DNA of 64,000 nt from a candidate division WOR-3 bacterium (GCA_039803205.1 JBDRYB010000004.1:32001-96000); one strand, 5' to 3'; positions 38,945 to 48,615 are shown, counted from the first letter of the stretch. Notes: generated by a model from the sequence alone, not told the origin. A program made the numbers and translations.

Positions 38945-39408
38945 TGGATATCTTACGGGAAGATGGCCTTGAGGAATCAACAAAGAAGGCGGAGCTCCTC
39001 CTCAGGATAATCTGCTCCCTCATCAGGCTACACGGAAGGGAGATACTCTCCAGGCATCACCTCTCTCCACCTCAGTTTGACATAATGACCACCATTTACT
39101 TTGAAGGCGAACTGTCCCAAAACGAGATGCCGAAGAAACTGCATCTTGCCAAATCCACCATATCCGCCCTGCTGGATAGATTGGAGAAACAGGGTATGAT
39201 AACTAAGAAAAAAACCCCGGATGACAAGCGCATCTCCACGGTTAGGCTTACATTCAAAGGGACAAATGTGATAGAGCAGGTAATAGAAAGAAGGAGGGAA
39301 CTCCTCAGGGAGCTTTATTCTCATCTCTCCGAGCGCCAAAGAGAGGAGTTCAACGAGATAATATCTCGGTTCGCTTACCTTCTGGAGGCAGAGGAGGGAA
39401 AGATCTGA
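38944..39408 (+). CDS. MarR-family transcriptional regulator
   Basis: LSPPQFDI...KSTISALLDRLEKQG...DDKR...LTFKG. Confidence 0.92.
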   Translation: MDILREDGLEESTKKAELLLRIICSLIRLHGREILSRHHLSPPQFDIMTTIYFEGELSQNEMPKKLHLAKSTISALLDRLEKQGMITKKKTPDDKRISTVRLTFKGTNVIEQVIERRRELLRELYSHLSERQREEFNEIISRFAYLLEAEEGKI

Positions 39409-39451
39409 TTGAGTGGTGGCCGATGGCCGGAAACCCATATAATTTGTTGTT

Positions 39452-40054
39452 ATGAGAAAGGTCTGGATCTTAGCTTCAGCAACAGCAACCGGACTACTGC
39501 TTGCCTGCAATTTGTGCGGGCTTGGTGAGCTGATTCAAAGGTTCCGCGAGGGCCTGGAAGAGGGCGAGGGCATAACTATTCCTGAGGAAACGCAGGAAGC
39601 CGATTTTGAGGGTTTTGGCCTGAGCCTGATCCTACCCGATGGTTGGGAGACGATAGAATACCAACCATCAGAGGGCCCATCGGAGGTGGAAGTGACCAGA
39701 GGCGTATTCGCTCATACCGATGGGCTTGAAGCAACCGTGACATGCATCATGGATCCGGAGATGTTTTCGGGCAGGACAGCGGATGAGGTCGCGCGCTACA
39801 TGGTCTACGCGCCGGATGTCGAGCATCCACCAACTACGCATGAGGGAAGGATAACCATATCCGGCCTCCGCGGCTATGAGGCCACCTATGTGATGGAAGA
39901 GGAGGAAACTTTCACCTACCGCTATATCGCGCTGGCCACCAAAAAGGACAGCCGCATATTCACCATAGATTTTACCCGGCACGGGAGAAGGGGTTTTACA
40001 TCCGAGGACAAGAGGGAGATGAAGAGGTTTCTGGATGGTATCAAGATAGATTAA
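39452..40054 (+). CDS. Lipoprotein, PsbP-like fold suspected
   Basis: LLAC lipobox; LSLILPDGW and ITISGLRG motifs. Confidence 0.65.
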   Translation: MRKVWILASATATGLLLACNLCGLGELIQRFREGLEEGEGITIPEETQEADFEGFGLSLILPDGWETIEYQPSEGPSEVEVTRGVFAHTDGLEATVTCIMDPEMFSGRTADEVARYMVYAPDVEHPPTTHEGRITISGLRGYEATYVMEEEETFTYRYIALATKKDSRIFTIDFTRHGRRGFTSEDKREMKRFLDGIKID

Positions 40055-40120
40055 CGGACGCGCGCATCCCAAAACTCCTTACAAGTAGACTCATCCTTTC
40101 AGGATAACTGTAAAGGGTAA

Positions 40121-40153
40121 AAAAGAAGGCCCCCGCCGCGGGGGCCTTCTTTT
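40121..40153. terminator. Bidirectional Rho-independent terminator
   Basis: AAAAGAAGGCCCCC-GCCGC-GGGGGCCTTCTTTT between convergent genes. Confidence 0.9.
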
Positions 40154-40169
40154 CTTCGGTGCCAAGGTT

Positions 40170-40385
40170 CTACATACGCCTCACCCTCACAGCCTTTGGC
40201 CCTTTGTCGCTCTCTATGACCTCGAAGGAGACATGCTCTCCCTCCTCTAGGCTCTTATAGCCTTCTGCCTCTATGTCGCTGTAGTGGACGAAAACAGAAC
40301 CCTGTCCATCGTCCCTGTCTATGAACCCATATCCCTTGCGTGCATTGAACCAACGCACCGTTCCTTCTATCCTTTCATCTGACAT
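40170..40385 (-). CDS. csp: Cold-shock protein (CspA family)
   Basis: WFNARKGYGFI, VFVHYSDI, GPKA; SD GGAGG. Confidence 0.96.
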   Translation of the reverse strand: MSDERIEGTVRWFNARKGYGFIDRDDGQGSVFVHYSDIEAEGYKSLEEGEHVSFEVIESDKGPKAVRVRRM

Positions 40386-40457
40386 CTACAAAAACCTCCA
40401 AGAAGTCAACCACACCCAAATTATATACCCTCTGGCATGGGTATTGCAACCCCGCGC

Positions 40458-40886
40458 GTTCGCTCAAAATAGAATCCTAACCCTGAGCTAGGGGAGGGCA
40501 AATATCAGCTGAGCATGCGAATGGCCCCGAGATACAGAAGGGCCACCAAGAAGGAGAAGTCCAGGATAGGGACGAGTATATGGCCATCACCGTGCTGAAA
40601 ACCAGGAAATACGCCATAGCAAAGCTGAACAGATACGCTAGACCCCACCGCCAGAGGTTCAAGATCAAGAAGACCCAGAGAAGGTGTTGGGCATTCACGG
40701 AGGATGGGAGGAGCCGGATGAGCTAGTTGAGTATCTGATGAACCAGAAGAACGAGTAGAGGTTAACGCACGCGAGGGCATTCCCTCGTGTGCTCTTCAAT
40801 TTCACAATCTCTCCCTATGTAGAACCCCTCTGAGCTTGAGCATTATCCTCTGGTAGCTCAGGGTTAGGTCTTAGTTTTGAGCGAAC
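40458..40886 (+). mobile_element. MITE / internally deleted IS, copy 1 (429 bp)
   Basis: 33-bp imperfect TIRs GTTCGCTCAAAA-N6-CCTAACCCTGAGCTA; near-identical inverted copy at 61193-61603; transposase N-terminal relic. Confidence 0.9.
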
Positions 40887-40933
40887 TTGGCTATTTTGCG
40901 CCCTGTCAGCCCGATGGTATATAATAGCTTCAC

Positions 40934-42715
40934 CTGAACAAGGCTATTCTCCGCGAGCTCGTCCGTTCAGCGCCTTCCGCGCCTGGGGTCTATATCTTCA
41001 GGGACAGGAAGGGGGCCTACCTCTATGTGGGCAAAGCGAGGGATATTTCGGCTCGTCTCTCTTCGTATCTGAGCTCGGATGACCCAAAAACAAGAGCCAT
41101 GCTCGCGCGAGCGCACAGCCTTGAGTGGTTGGTAACGGGTTCTGAGGCCGAAGCCCTTTTCACGGAGTCTTCGCTCGTTAGGTTCCAGAAGCCTCCCTTC
41201 AACATAAGGCTGGCTGGCGGGGAGTATTATCCATACATAAAGATAACCGTTAAGGAGCCGTGGCCTCGGATATTTCCAACGAGGAAGCTCGTGGAGGATG
41301 GCTCGTTGTATTTTGGGCCTTATCCGGACGCGGCCGCGGCCCGCAGGACGATCCAGGCAATAAGGAGCCTTTTCCCAATAAGGCCATGCAATTATTCCCT
41401 CCCATCGGGGAAGGTGAAGCTTTGCATCTATTATCACATGGGAAGATGCCCGGGCCCGTGCGAGCTAGAGGTTGATCCGGCTCTCTATGCCAGCTACATA
41501 AAAGGAGCAGTTGATCTGCTTTCAGGGAGGGGCTCTGATGCTGAGCGAGAGATTGAATCCGCTATGACAAAAGCGGCCGAGGAGCTCAGGTTTGAGACGG
41601 CCGCGGCCCTGAGGGACAGGCTTCTCGCCCTCCGAAAGACGTTGGCTGCTCCAGCGGGTTTCGGGGAGGGGGGCGAGTCAAGGGACATCATCGTCCTCAG
41701 CTCAGCCGGGAACATCGCGGCAGTGGTGCTCTATGCTCTGAGAGAGGGCAGGCCAGGGGTTGAGGAGAGGTTTCTCATGGAGAGCCCCCGCGATACGGAA
41801 CCCCCTGAGATAATCTCCGCTTTTCTGAAGGACTACTACACATCGAGGCCCATAAACTCCGAAAGGCTCGTTTGCGTTCCCTTGCCGGATGAGCTTCCGC
41901 TCCTAGAGGAGGTCTTCTCTGAGAGGGCAGGCCGAAGGATAAGGATAACAAAGCCGGGGAGGAACGACAGGAGCTTCGTTGAGATAGCGGCCGCAGCGGC
42001 TGAGGAGCATCTGATGAGGGCTTTGGAGAAAGCGAGAAAGCCCGTGCACCAAGGGCTCAGGGAGCTCGCTGAGATCTTTGGGGCTGATAACCTGGAGCGG
42101 ATAGAGTGCTTTGACATATCGCACACATCGGGGAAAGAAACAGTGGCCTCATGCGTTGTCTTTTTGGGAGCAAGGCCAGCAAAGAGCCTTTACCGAAGGT
42201 TCAAGATAAGGACAGCCAGACCCTCTGACGATTACGGTGCCATGAAAGAGGTGATATACAGGAGGCTGAGGAGGCTCATTGATGAAAGGCAGGAGCTCCC
42301 CGATGCCATACTCATAGACGGGGGGCCGGGCCAGCTCAGCGCAGGGCTTGCGGCTATGGAAGAGCTTGGGCTGAGCATCCCAGCGGCCGCTCTCGCGAAG
42401 AGATACGAAGAGCTGTATCTACCAGATGGCGGCCAAATAATCCTTCCCGGGAGGTCAAAGGCCCTTATCCTTCTCAAGAGGATAAGGGATGAGGCGCACC
42501 GTTTCGCGGTCAGCTATCACAGGACCCTCCGTGGGAGGAGGGGAATGGGTTCGGTCCTGGATGGCCTTGAGGGCATAGGCCCGGAAAGAAAGAAAGCGCT
42601 CATGCGGTATTTTGGTTCGCTTGATAGGCTCCGGGGAGCGTCCCTTGAGGAGATCGAGAGGGTTCCGGGCATAGGGAAGAAGCTGGCGAGGGAGATATAC
42701 GAGTTCCTCAGGTGA
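40934..42715 (+). CDS. uvrC: Excinuclease ABC subunit C
   Basis: PGVYIFRD...YVGKA (GIY-YIG), CFDISH, IDGG, RDEAHRFA, HhH; conserved N-terminus lies upstream of first ATG/GTG/TTG, so start placed at CTG 40934. Confidence 0.95.
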   Translation: MNKAILRELVRSAPSAPGVYIFRDRKGAYLYVGKARDISARLSSYLSSDDPKTRAMLARAHSLEWLVTGSEAEALFTESSLVRFQKPPFNIRLAGGEYYPYIKITVKEPWPRIFPTRKLVEDGSLYFGPYPDAAAARRTIQAIRSLFPIRPCNYSLPSGKVKLCIYYHMGRCPGPCELEVDPALYASYIKGAVDLLSGRGSDAEREIESAMTKAAEELRFETAAALRDRLLALRKTLAAPAGFGEGGESRDIIVLSSAGNIAAVVLYALREGRPGVEERFLMESPRDTEPPEIISAFLKDYYTSRPINSERLVCVPLPDELPLLEEVFSERAGRRIRITKPGRNDRSFVEIAAAAAEEHLMRALEKARKPVHQGLRELAEIFGADNLERIECFDISHTSGKETVASCVVFLGARPAKSLYRRFKIRTARPSDDYGAMKEVIYRRLRRLIDERQELPDAILIDGGPGQLSAGLAAMEELGLSIPAAALAKRYEELYLPDGGQIILPGRSKALILLKRIRDEAHRFAVSYHRTLRGRRGMGSVLDGLEGIGPERKKALMRYFGSLDRLRGASLEEIERVPGIGKKLAREIYEFLR

Positions 42716-42718
42716 ACC

Positions 42719-43168
42719 CTATTCCTCCCAGGTGGTTATGGAGTGATAGAATATCTGGTCGTTGTCGTCCAGGCCTCGCTCTATTTCGGTGATGTGGGAT
42801 GTGGTTGCACCAAAGGCTGAGAGGACATACTTCACGGCCTCCATGGGTTTCGTGTGATTCCCGCATGTGTATATGTCAAGTGCCGCATAACGAACCTCAG
42901 GCCAGGTGTGAACGGAGAGGTGGGATTCGGATATGACCACAACGCCCGATACCCCATTCGGAGGGAACCTGTGGACGGATACCGCCCAAACCTGAGCGCC
43001 TGCCTTGTTAGCGGCCTCAAGAAGTATGCCCTGGACCTGATCAACCGAGCCAATAACCTCAGGGGAGCATCCGGAGCACTCCACCACATACTGTATACCA
43101 AGGGTGCCGTGTGGCCTTGACTCAGCAAATTGGCCCCTTTCAGGCTTATGACTGGGCTTCTTTGCCAA
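42719..43168 (-). CDS. speD: S-adenosylmethionine decarboxylase proenzyme
   Basis: F.PNGVSGVVVISESHLSVHTWPE..YAALDIYTCG; TTG start 43168 after SD (43186 alternative). Confidence 0.93.
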   Translation of the reverse strand: MAKKPSHKPERGQFAESRPHGTLGIQYVVECSGCSPEVIGSVDQVQGILLEAANKAGAQVWAVSVHRFPPNGVSGVVVISESHLSVHTWPEVRYAALDIYTCGNHTKPMEAVKYVLSAFGATTSHITEIERGLDDNDQIFYHSITTWEE

Positions 43169-43709
43169 TTTCTCCTCCCTCCTCAATTGCCTTCTTGTGA
43201 GAAACCACGCTTCCCTTCTTTGAGACCTTGAGCAGTTTCACCGGGATTGCCTTACCCAGTATCCCGCGCGCCTCGCTCTCGGTTATGCTCGTGTGAGATG
43301 AGGGCAAAAAGGCCTTTATGCCCATTATATCAACGAGAAAGCCACCCCTCACGATGCTTCTCAGGGTAGCTTTTACCACACTGCCCTTGGCATGGGCTTC
43401 CCTGAGCGCTGAGAGGACTCTTTCAACCTCTCCTTTATCCCTTATGGGTTTCAGCTTTATCTCCTTGCTCACATAATCAGCAACGGTTATCCTGGCCTCT
43501 GTCTCGTGCCCTTCGGGTAGCTCGCGATCGTAGCAGTGTAGGAATCCAACAAGACCCCAAGGCAGTTCAACCATGTATCCACCCCTGACAGGCTTCATCA
43601 CTTGAACCTTGATTACCTTGCCCTGGTCCTTAGCCGCGAAAACCTCTCCCCATAACTGGGCTCTTCTCATTATGGACTCAGGGGAACGATTATCCGGTTT
43701 TGTAGCCAT
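43146..43709 (-). CDS. Two-S1-domain RNA-binding protein (short bS1-like)
   Basis: VRGGYMVELPWGLVGFL and VRGGFLVDIMGIKAFLPSSH...VVSHK; ATG coupled to nuoF stop. Confidence 0.8.
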   Translation of the reverse strand: MATKPDNRSPESIMRRAQLWGEVFAAKDQGKVIKVQVMKPVRGGYMVELPWGLVGFLHCYDRELPEGHETEARITVADYVSKEIKLKPIRDKGEVERVLSALREAHAKGSVVKATLRSIVRGGFLVDIMGIKAFLPSSHTSITESEARGILGKAIPVKLLKVSKKGSVVSHKKAIEEGGEIGKEAQS

Positions 43710-44932
43710 CAGAGTTCCTCCTCGTATTTGTTTATGAAGGCTCCCGCAACCGCAACCGCTCCCTCCCCAAGTGGGCAAAAGCACTTGCCCCTCATTCCTT
43801 CAATAACATGCCTTATCCTGTCCGGATTTCCGTTCTTGTGTCCCAGCTCTATCTCCCTGAAAAGCCTGGCGAGCCAGGTTGAACCTTCCCTACAAGGGGT
43901 GCACTTCCCGCAGGACTCGTGGGCGAGAAACTCAAGAGACCTCCTGGCAACTGAGGCCAGAGGAACGGCGTCGTTAACCACTATTACGGCTCCTGAACCG
44001 AGCAGGGAGCCTGCTCGTTGGATATCCTCATAGGTGAGCCTCACATCCAGCTCCTCAGGCCTAAGGATGGGGGTTGAAAGCCCTCCCGGTATCACCCCTA
44101 CCAGCTTCCCCTTCACCCCTCCAGCGTATTCATCAATGAGCTCGCGCAGGGTCAGGTCCCCGAACCTGAACTCGTAGACCCCCGGCCTCCTCACGCCGCC
44201 AGAGACAGTGAATATCTTGGTTCCAGTGCTGTCCTTTGTGCCCATGGCCCTATACCATTCCGGACCATTCTTGATTATAAACGGCACATTTGAAAGGGTT
44301 TCAACATTGTTGACGACGGTTGGCATGCCGTAGACCCCATATGAGACCGGATAGGGTGGCCTGAGCCGTGGATGGCCCCTCTTGCCTTCAAGGGATTCTA
44401 TCAGAGCGGTCTCCTCGCCGCAGATGTAGGCTCCGCCACCTCCGTAGACCTTAACCCTGAACGAGAAACCGGTTCCCATGATGTTCTCACCGAGAAACCC
44501 CTCCTTCTCGGCCTCGGCTATTGCCGCTCTCAGAATCCCCTGCGCCTTCGGATACTCTGCCCTGACATATATGAAGCCTTGGTGAGCCTCTATGGCCCTG
44601 GCCGCTATGAGCATCCCCTCCAGGAGGAGGTGCGGATACTTCTCCACTATCTCCCTGTCCTTGAATGTGCCAGGCTCGCCCTCGTCGCAGTTCGCGATAA
44701 CAAAGCGCGGCCTCGGATCATCCTTCGGAACGAAGTCCCACTTGAGTCCGGTCGGAAAGGCCGCTCCTCCTCTTCCTCTGAGGCCGGAGGCCTTGACCGC
44801 GTCAATTATCTCCTGGGGTTTCATGGAGAGAGCCTTCCTCGCGGCCTCGTATCCGCCGTGTTTGAGGTAGAAAGAGAGGCTTTCCGAGCCATCTGCTCCA
44901 GCGTGCTCAAGTATTATTCTGGTCTCAGGCAT
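43709..44932 (-). CDS. nuoF: NADH-quinone oxidoreductase subunit F
   Basis: GLRGRGGAAFPTGLKW, DEGEPGTFKDR, GAYICGEETAL, ESCGKCTPCREG, FCPLG. Confidence 0.95.
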   Translation of the reverse strand: MPETRIILEHAGADGSESLSFYLKHGGYEAARKALSMKPQEIIDAVKASGLRGRGGAAFPTGLKWDFVPKDDPRPRFVIANCDEGEPGTFKDREIVEKYPHLLLEGMLIAARAIEAHQGFIYVRAEYPKAQGILRAAIAEAEKEGFLGENIMGTGFSFRVKVYGGGGAYICGEETALIESLEGKRGHPRLRPPYPVSYGVYGMPTVVNNVETLSNVPFIIKNGPEWYRAMGTKDSTGTKIFTVSGGVRRPGVYEFRFGDLTLRELIDEYAGGVKGKLVGVIPGGLSTPILRPEELDVRLTYEDIQRAGSLLGSGAVIVVNDAVPLASVARRSLEFLAHESCGKCTPCREGSTWLARLFREIELGHKNGNPDRIRHVIEGMRGKCFCPLGEGAVAVAGAFINKYEEEL

Positions 44933-45407
44933 TCCCGACCTCCCTTCTCAACCCATCAAGCAGGTTTTTCAGCTTATCCCTCGTATCAAGGGGCCCTATT
45001 CTCTCGCCGTTGAGGAGGACGGCTGGGGCAAGGTCGCACGAGCCGATGCACTCAGCCTCCTCGTAGGAGAAAAGCCCATCCGGCGTCGTCTGGCCGGGTT
45101 CAACCCCGAGGAGCTCCTTCATCCATCCGAAGAGGTCATAAGCGCCGCAGATCATGCAGGAAAGGTTCGTGCAAACGAGGAAGTGGAACCTCCCGACGCT
45201 CTCGCGCTTTATGAGGTGATAAAAGGATGCCACAGCCTCAACATGCTCGGGCTTCGTGCCGAGCTCATCCGCTATGACGACCGCCACATCCCTGCTGAGG
45301 GCTCCGAAACGGGACACCGCCTCATGTATTGAGGGGATTAGAGCACTGTCGCCCATGGGGAACTCGGCCTTTAGCTCCCGTATCCTTTCTCTGAACCCGT
45401 TCATCAT
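44925..45407 (-). CDS. nuoE: NADH-quinone oxidoreductase subunit E
   Basis: VASFY, CTNLSC, ECIGSCDLAP. Confidence 0.93.
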   Translation of the reverse strand: MMNGFRERIRELKAEFPMGDSALIPSIHEAVSRFGALSRDVAVVIADELGTKPEHVEAVASFYHLIKRESVGRFHFLVCTNLSCMICGAYDLFGWMKELLGVEPGQTTPDGLFSYEEAECIGSCDLAPAVLLNGERIGPLDTRDKLKNLLDGLRREVGNA

Positions 45408-46612
45408 CTGTCCACCTCCCCGAGGACCACATCAAGGGTCCCTATTAGCGTTATCACATCAGCAATAAGCCCCCCAACAGCCATCTTCTCAAGGGTTTGT
45501 AGGTTTATGAAAGTTGATGCCCTTATGTGCATTCTGTAAGGCCTCTGAGACCCATCTGATACGATATAGAACCCTAGCTCGCCCTTTGGCGCTTCTATTG
45601 AGACATACACCTCTCCCTCCGGGACCGAAAACCCCTCTGAGACTATCTTGAAGTGGTGGATGAGGTTCTCTATGGAGTCGTAGACCCTATCCTTCGGGGG
45701 CGGAATAACCTTTGCCTCGTCCGCGATAACAGGCCCCTTTGGCAGTTGGGCCAAACATTGCTCGGCCATCTTGGCCGATTCCTCCATTTCCTCCATGCGG
45801 ACTAAATACCGGGCATAGCTATCCCCTTCGGTATAAACAGGAACCCGGAAATTCAGCCTGTCGTAAACCAGATACGGCTCATCCCTGCGCATGTCGTGGT
45901 CAAGCCCAGAACCCCTTGCGACCGGGCCGGTTGCTGAGAGAGCCAGAACATCATCCCTCGTTAGGATGCCAACCCCTTGGGTCCTCTTCTTCCAAATGAT
46001 GTTGTCCGTGAGCATGGTGTGCAGCTCTTGGAGGGCCTTTGTCCGGAAGTTAGCGAGGAAATCCGTGAGGCCCACGATGAACTCGTGGTTCAGGTCAGCC
46101 GCGACGCCGCCTATCCTCATGAAAGTGTTGTTCATGCGTTGGCCAGTGAGTATTTCAAGAAGATCGTATATCTTCTCGCGCTCGCGGAAGGCATAGAACC
46201 AAGCAGTCCAGGCTCCTAGGTCCATGCCGTGTGAGGCATACCAGACGAGGTGGCTCTCTATCCTCGTTAGTTCTGCCAGAAGGGTTCGTATATATTTGGC
46301 CCTCTCGGGAACCTCAAGACCGAGGAGCTTCTCAACCGCCATCACATAAGCTAGGTTGTTGGTTAGCGGAGCGAGGTAGTCAAGGCGGTCCGTGTATGGG
46401 ATTACCTGGTGATATGTCTTTTGTTCGGCTATCTTCTCGGTCCCCCTGTGGAGGTAGCCTGGGGTTATCCTGGCCTTCACGACGGTTTCGCCATCAAGCC
46501 AGAGCTTTATGCGCAGGACCCCGTGGGTTGCTGGGTGCTGGGGCCCCATGTTGAGCTCTATGACATCCGTTTCAACCCCAGCTGAATCCCTAAAAAGGAT
46601 CTCTTTTTCCAT
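45404..46612 (-). CDS. nuoD: NADH-quinone oxidoreductase subunit D
   Basis: NMGPQHPATHGVLR, GYLHRGTEK, DRLDY, EAPKGE, GEVDR. Confidence 0.97.
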   Translation of the reverse strand: MEKEILFRDSAGVETDVIELNMGPQHPATHGVLRIKLWLDGETVVKARITPGYLHRGTEKIAEQKTYHQVIPYTDRLDYLAPLTNNLAYVMAVEKLLGLEVPERAKYIRTLLAELTRIESHLVWYASHGMDLGAWTAWFYAFREREKIYDLLEILTGQRMNNTFMRIGGVAADLNHEFIVGLTDFLANFRTKALQELHTMLTDNIIWKKRTQGVGILTRDDVLALSATGPVARGSGLDHDMRRDEPYLVYDRLNFRVPVYTEGDSYARYLVRMEEMEESAKMAEQCLAQLPKGPVIADEAKVIPPPKDRVYDSIENLIHHFKIVSEGFSVPEGEVYVSIEAPKGELGFYIVSDGSQRPYRMHIRASTFINLQTLEKMAVGGLIADVITLIGTLDVVLGEVDR

Positions 46613-46618
46613 ATCAAC

Positions 46619-47080
46619 CTACCTGTTATCCGGCAGGGGAACATCCTCCCGCCAGTTGAAGTCCTTTCTCAGCGGCCAACCCGGAAACCCATCCCAAAGC
46701 AGGATGTGCGTGAGCTCAGGGTTTCCCTTGAACTCTATTCCGAACATCTCCCAGGTCTCGCGCTCCATGAAGCCAGCGCCTAGCCATATATCAACCACGC
46801 TATTGACCGATCCTTCGCACGGACATTTGACCCTGAGACGCAGGTTTCTTGAGTATGAGTGAAGGTGATAGACCACCTCAAAGCGCGGCTCACGCCTTCC
46901 GAGCCAATCAACGGCGGTCAGATCTGTTAGCATCTCAAAGCCGCCGGAATCCCTGAGATAGAGCATGAGATCGTGAAGGGCCTCTGGTTTGACTATCAAT
47001 GTAGTCTCACCGAGCCTCGTGTAGGAATCCAAAACCGCATGACCAAACCTTTCCCTTATGGCGTTTATGAGCTCATCCAT
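46619..47080 (-). CDS. nuoC: NADH-quinone oxidoreductase subunit C
   Basis: DLTAVDW, RFEVVYHL, ERETWEMFGI, PLRKDF. Confidence 0.95.
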   Translation of the reverse strand: MDELINAIRERFGHAVLDSYTRLGETTLIVKPEALHDLMLYLRDSGGFEMLTDLTAVDWLGRREPRFEVVYHLHSYSRNLRLRVKCPCEGSVNSVVDIWLGAGFMERETWEMFGIEFKGNPELTHILLWDGFPGWPLRKDFNWREDVPLPDNR

Positions 47081-47131
47081 TTTGACCTCCGTTCCCAGGC
47101 CACAGGGATAGGGAGTTCTTTATGATGAGTG

Positions 47132-47725
47132 CTATTTTATCCACGGATAAAGCCTCCCTTTCTCCTTGCGTATCTTCGCGGCAAGCTTGAGAAACCCGTA
47201 GAGAAGGGATTCCGGCCTCGGGGGACAGCCTGGGACATATACATCTATGGGGATTATCCAATCGGCTCCCTGGACAACAGCGAAGGAGTTATACATTCCT
47301 CCAGTTGAAGCGCATGCGCCCATGGCTATTGCCCATTTTGGCTGTGCCATTTGTTCCCAGAGCTGTCGGACAACGGGTGCCATCTTCTTGGTCAGGGTTC
47401 CAGCTATGACGATGAGATCTGATTGGCGAGGGGATGGCCTGAATACCTCGTATCCGAAACGGGCCATGTCAAACCTCGGGCCCCCTGTTGCCATCTGTTC
47501 AATAGCGCAACAAGCGAGGCCGAATGTCAGGGGGAACAAGGAATTTCCCCTTGCCCAGTTGACTATCCACTGGCTCATGCTTTCCACGGTAGTGAAAAGG
47601 ACTCGCTGTGCCAGCGTTCGTCTTATCGCCTCTTCCTCCTGGGGGCTCAGCCTGAGCCTTATCTCATCTAGCTCCAGGAGAAACCTCTCTCTGGCTTCCG
47701 TCGTAGGTCTTTCGCCTATTTCCAT
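47132..47725 (-). CDS. nuoB: NADH-quinone oxidoreductase subunit B
   Basis: [29 protein letters not shown]. Confidence 0.96.
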   Translation of the reverse strand: MEIGERPTTEARERFLLELDEIRLRLSPQEEEAIRRTLAQRVLFTTVESMSQWIVNWARGNSLFPLTFGLACCAIEQMATGGPRFDMARFGYEVFRPSPRQSDLIVIAGTLTKKMAPVVRQLWEQMAQPKWAIAMGACASTGGMYNSFAVVQGADWIIPIDVYVPGCPPRPESLLYGFLKLAAKIRKEKGRLYPWIK

Positions 47726-48069
47726 TCGAGTCCTCTCCTCCCCCACGCGTATATATATCCGAATACCAATATGCCCATGAAAACGAACGCTTCAATCAGG
47801 CCAAAAATCCCAAGTTTCTCGGCCTGCACAGCCCAAGGGAACAGGAGAACCGTCTCAACATCAAAAGCCAGAAAGAGAAGCGCCACGACGAAGAACCGGA
47901 CAGAGAACCTTATCCTAGGCGTTCCTACTGGCTTTATCCCGCACTCATAGGGTTCGTTCTTCTTCTCCTCTCGGATGGAGGGCCCGAGGAACATTGAAGC
48001 GATAACGCCCCCGAACCCTATGACCATTCCGAGTATGAGCATTATCAAAAGGGGTATCTTTGGATCCAT
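47716..48069 (-). CDS. nuoA: NADH-quinone oxidoreductase subunit A
   Basis: PYECG, FDVE, FPWA, GLEW. Confidence 0.96.
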   Translation of the reverse strand: MDPKIPLLIMLILGMVIGFGGVIASMFLGPSIREEKKNEPYECGIKPVGTPRIRFSVRFFVVALLFLAFDVETVLLFPWAVQAEKLGIFGLIEAFVFMGILVFGYIYAWGRRGLEWK

Positions 48070-48615
48070 TTATGTTCCTCCAAAATCCTCCCACCTCAGG
48101 ATATACCAGAAACCCGTTTCCGGGTCCCTTTTCATGAAGAACCTGGCCCTTCCCTTTGCCACAGAAGCACCTCCCTCTGGTGGAGGCTCTATGACCAGGT
48201 AATACTCGCATATCCAGCACGAAGAGGAATCGTTCCCTTCTATCCTCCGGAGCTGGCTCAGGGTGAGATCAAGGCTCCCGCCCTCGCTCCCCTTTATGTA
48301 GTTAAACAGGGCCTCGGCGGAAAGCCGCTCCTCTGTCCTCCCCCAGACCAGGCTATCCAAGCCCCAATTCTCCTTTAACAATTCCCTTATGCCCTCCTCG
48401 CCGGGGTCAAAGTAGAACTTGAATGAGTCATCAAAACAAGCCATATAGCCCTCAAGATCCAGAGAAACATATGAGGTCTGGAGGTTCTGAAACACCACGG
48501 AGTCGCTGAGGGGAAGCGGATAGCCCGTTCCAGGCTCGGTATGTGGATTAAACGGATTCCAGCATCCTGCAGTGATGAGGGATGTGAATCCCAGGATTCG
48601 CCGGGGGCTAGGCAT
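48070..48615 (-). CDS. Hypothetical lipoprotein (NTF2/SnoaL-like fold suspected)
   Basis: LITAG-C lipobox; Y..CFDDSFKF, WYILRWED; coupled to rpmA and nuoA. Confidence 0.7.
   Translation of the reverse strand: MPSPRRILGFTSLITAGCWNPFNPHTEPGTGYPLPLSDSVVFQNLQTSYVSLDLEGYMACFDDSFKFYFDPGEEGIRELLKENWGLDSLVWGRTEERLSAEALFNYIKGSEGGSLDLTLSQLRRIEGNDSSSCWICEYYLVIEPPPEGGASVAKGRARFFMKRDPETGFWYILRWEDFGGT

Noticed and set aside
43709..48069. Possible group 4 [NiFe]-hydrogenase
   Set aside because: The D subunit lacks Ni-binding CxxC motifs and has complex I signatures (HGVLR, GEVDR).
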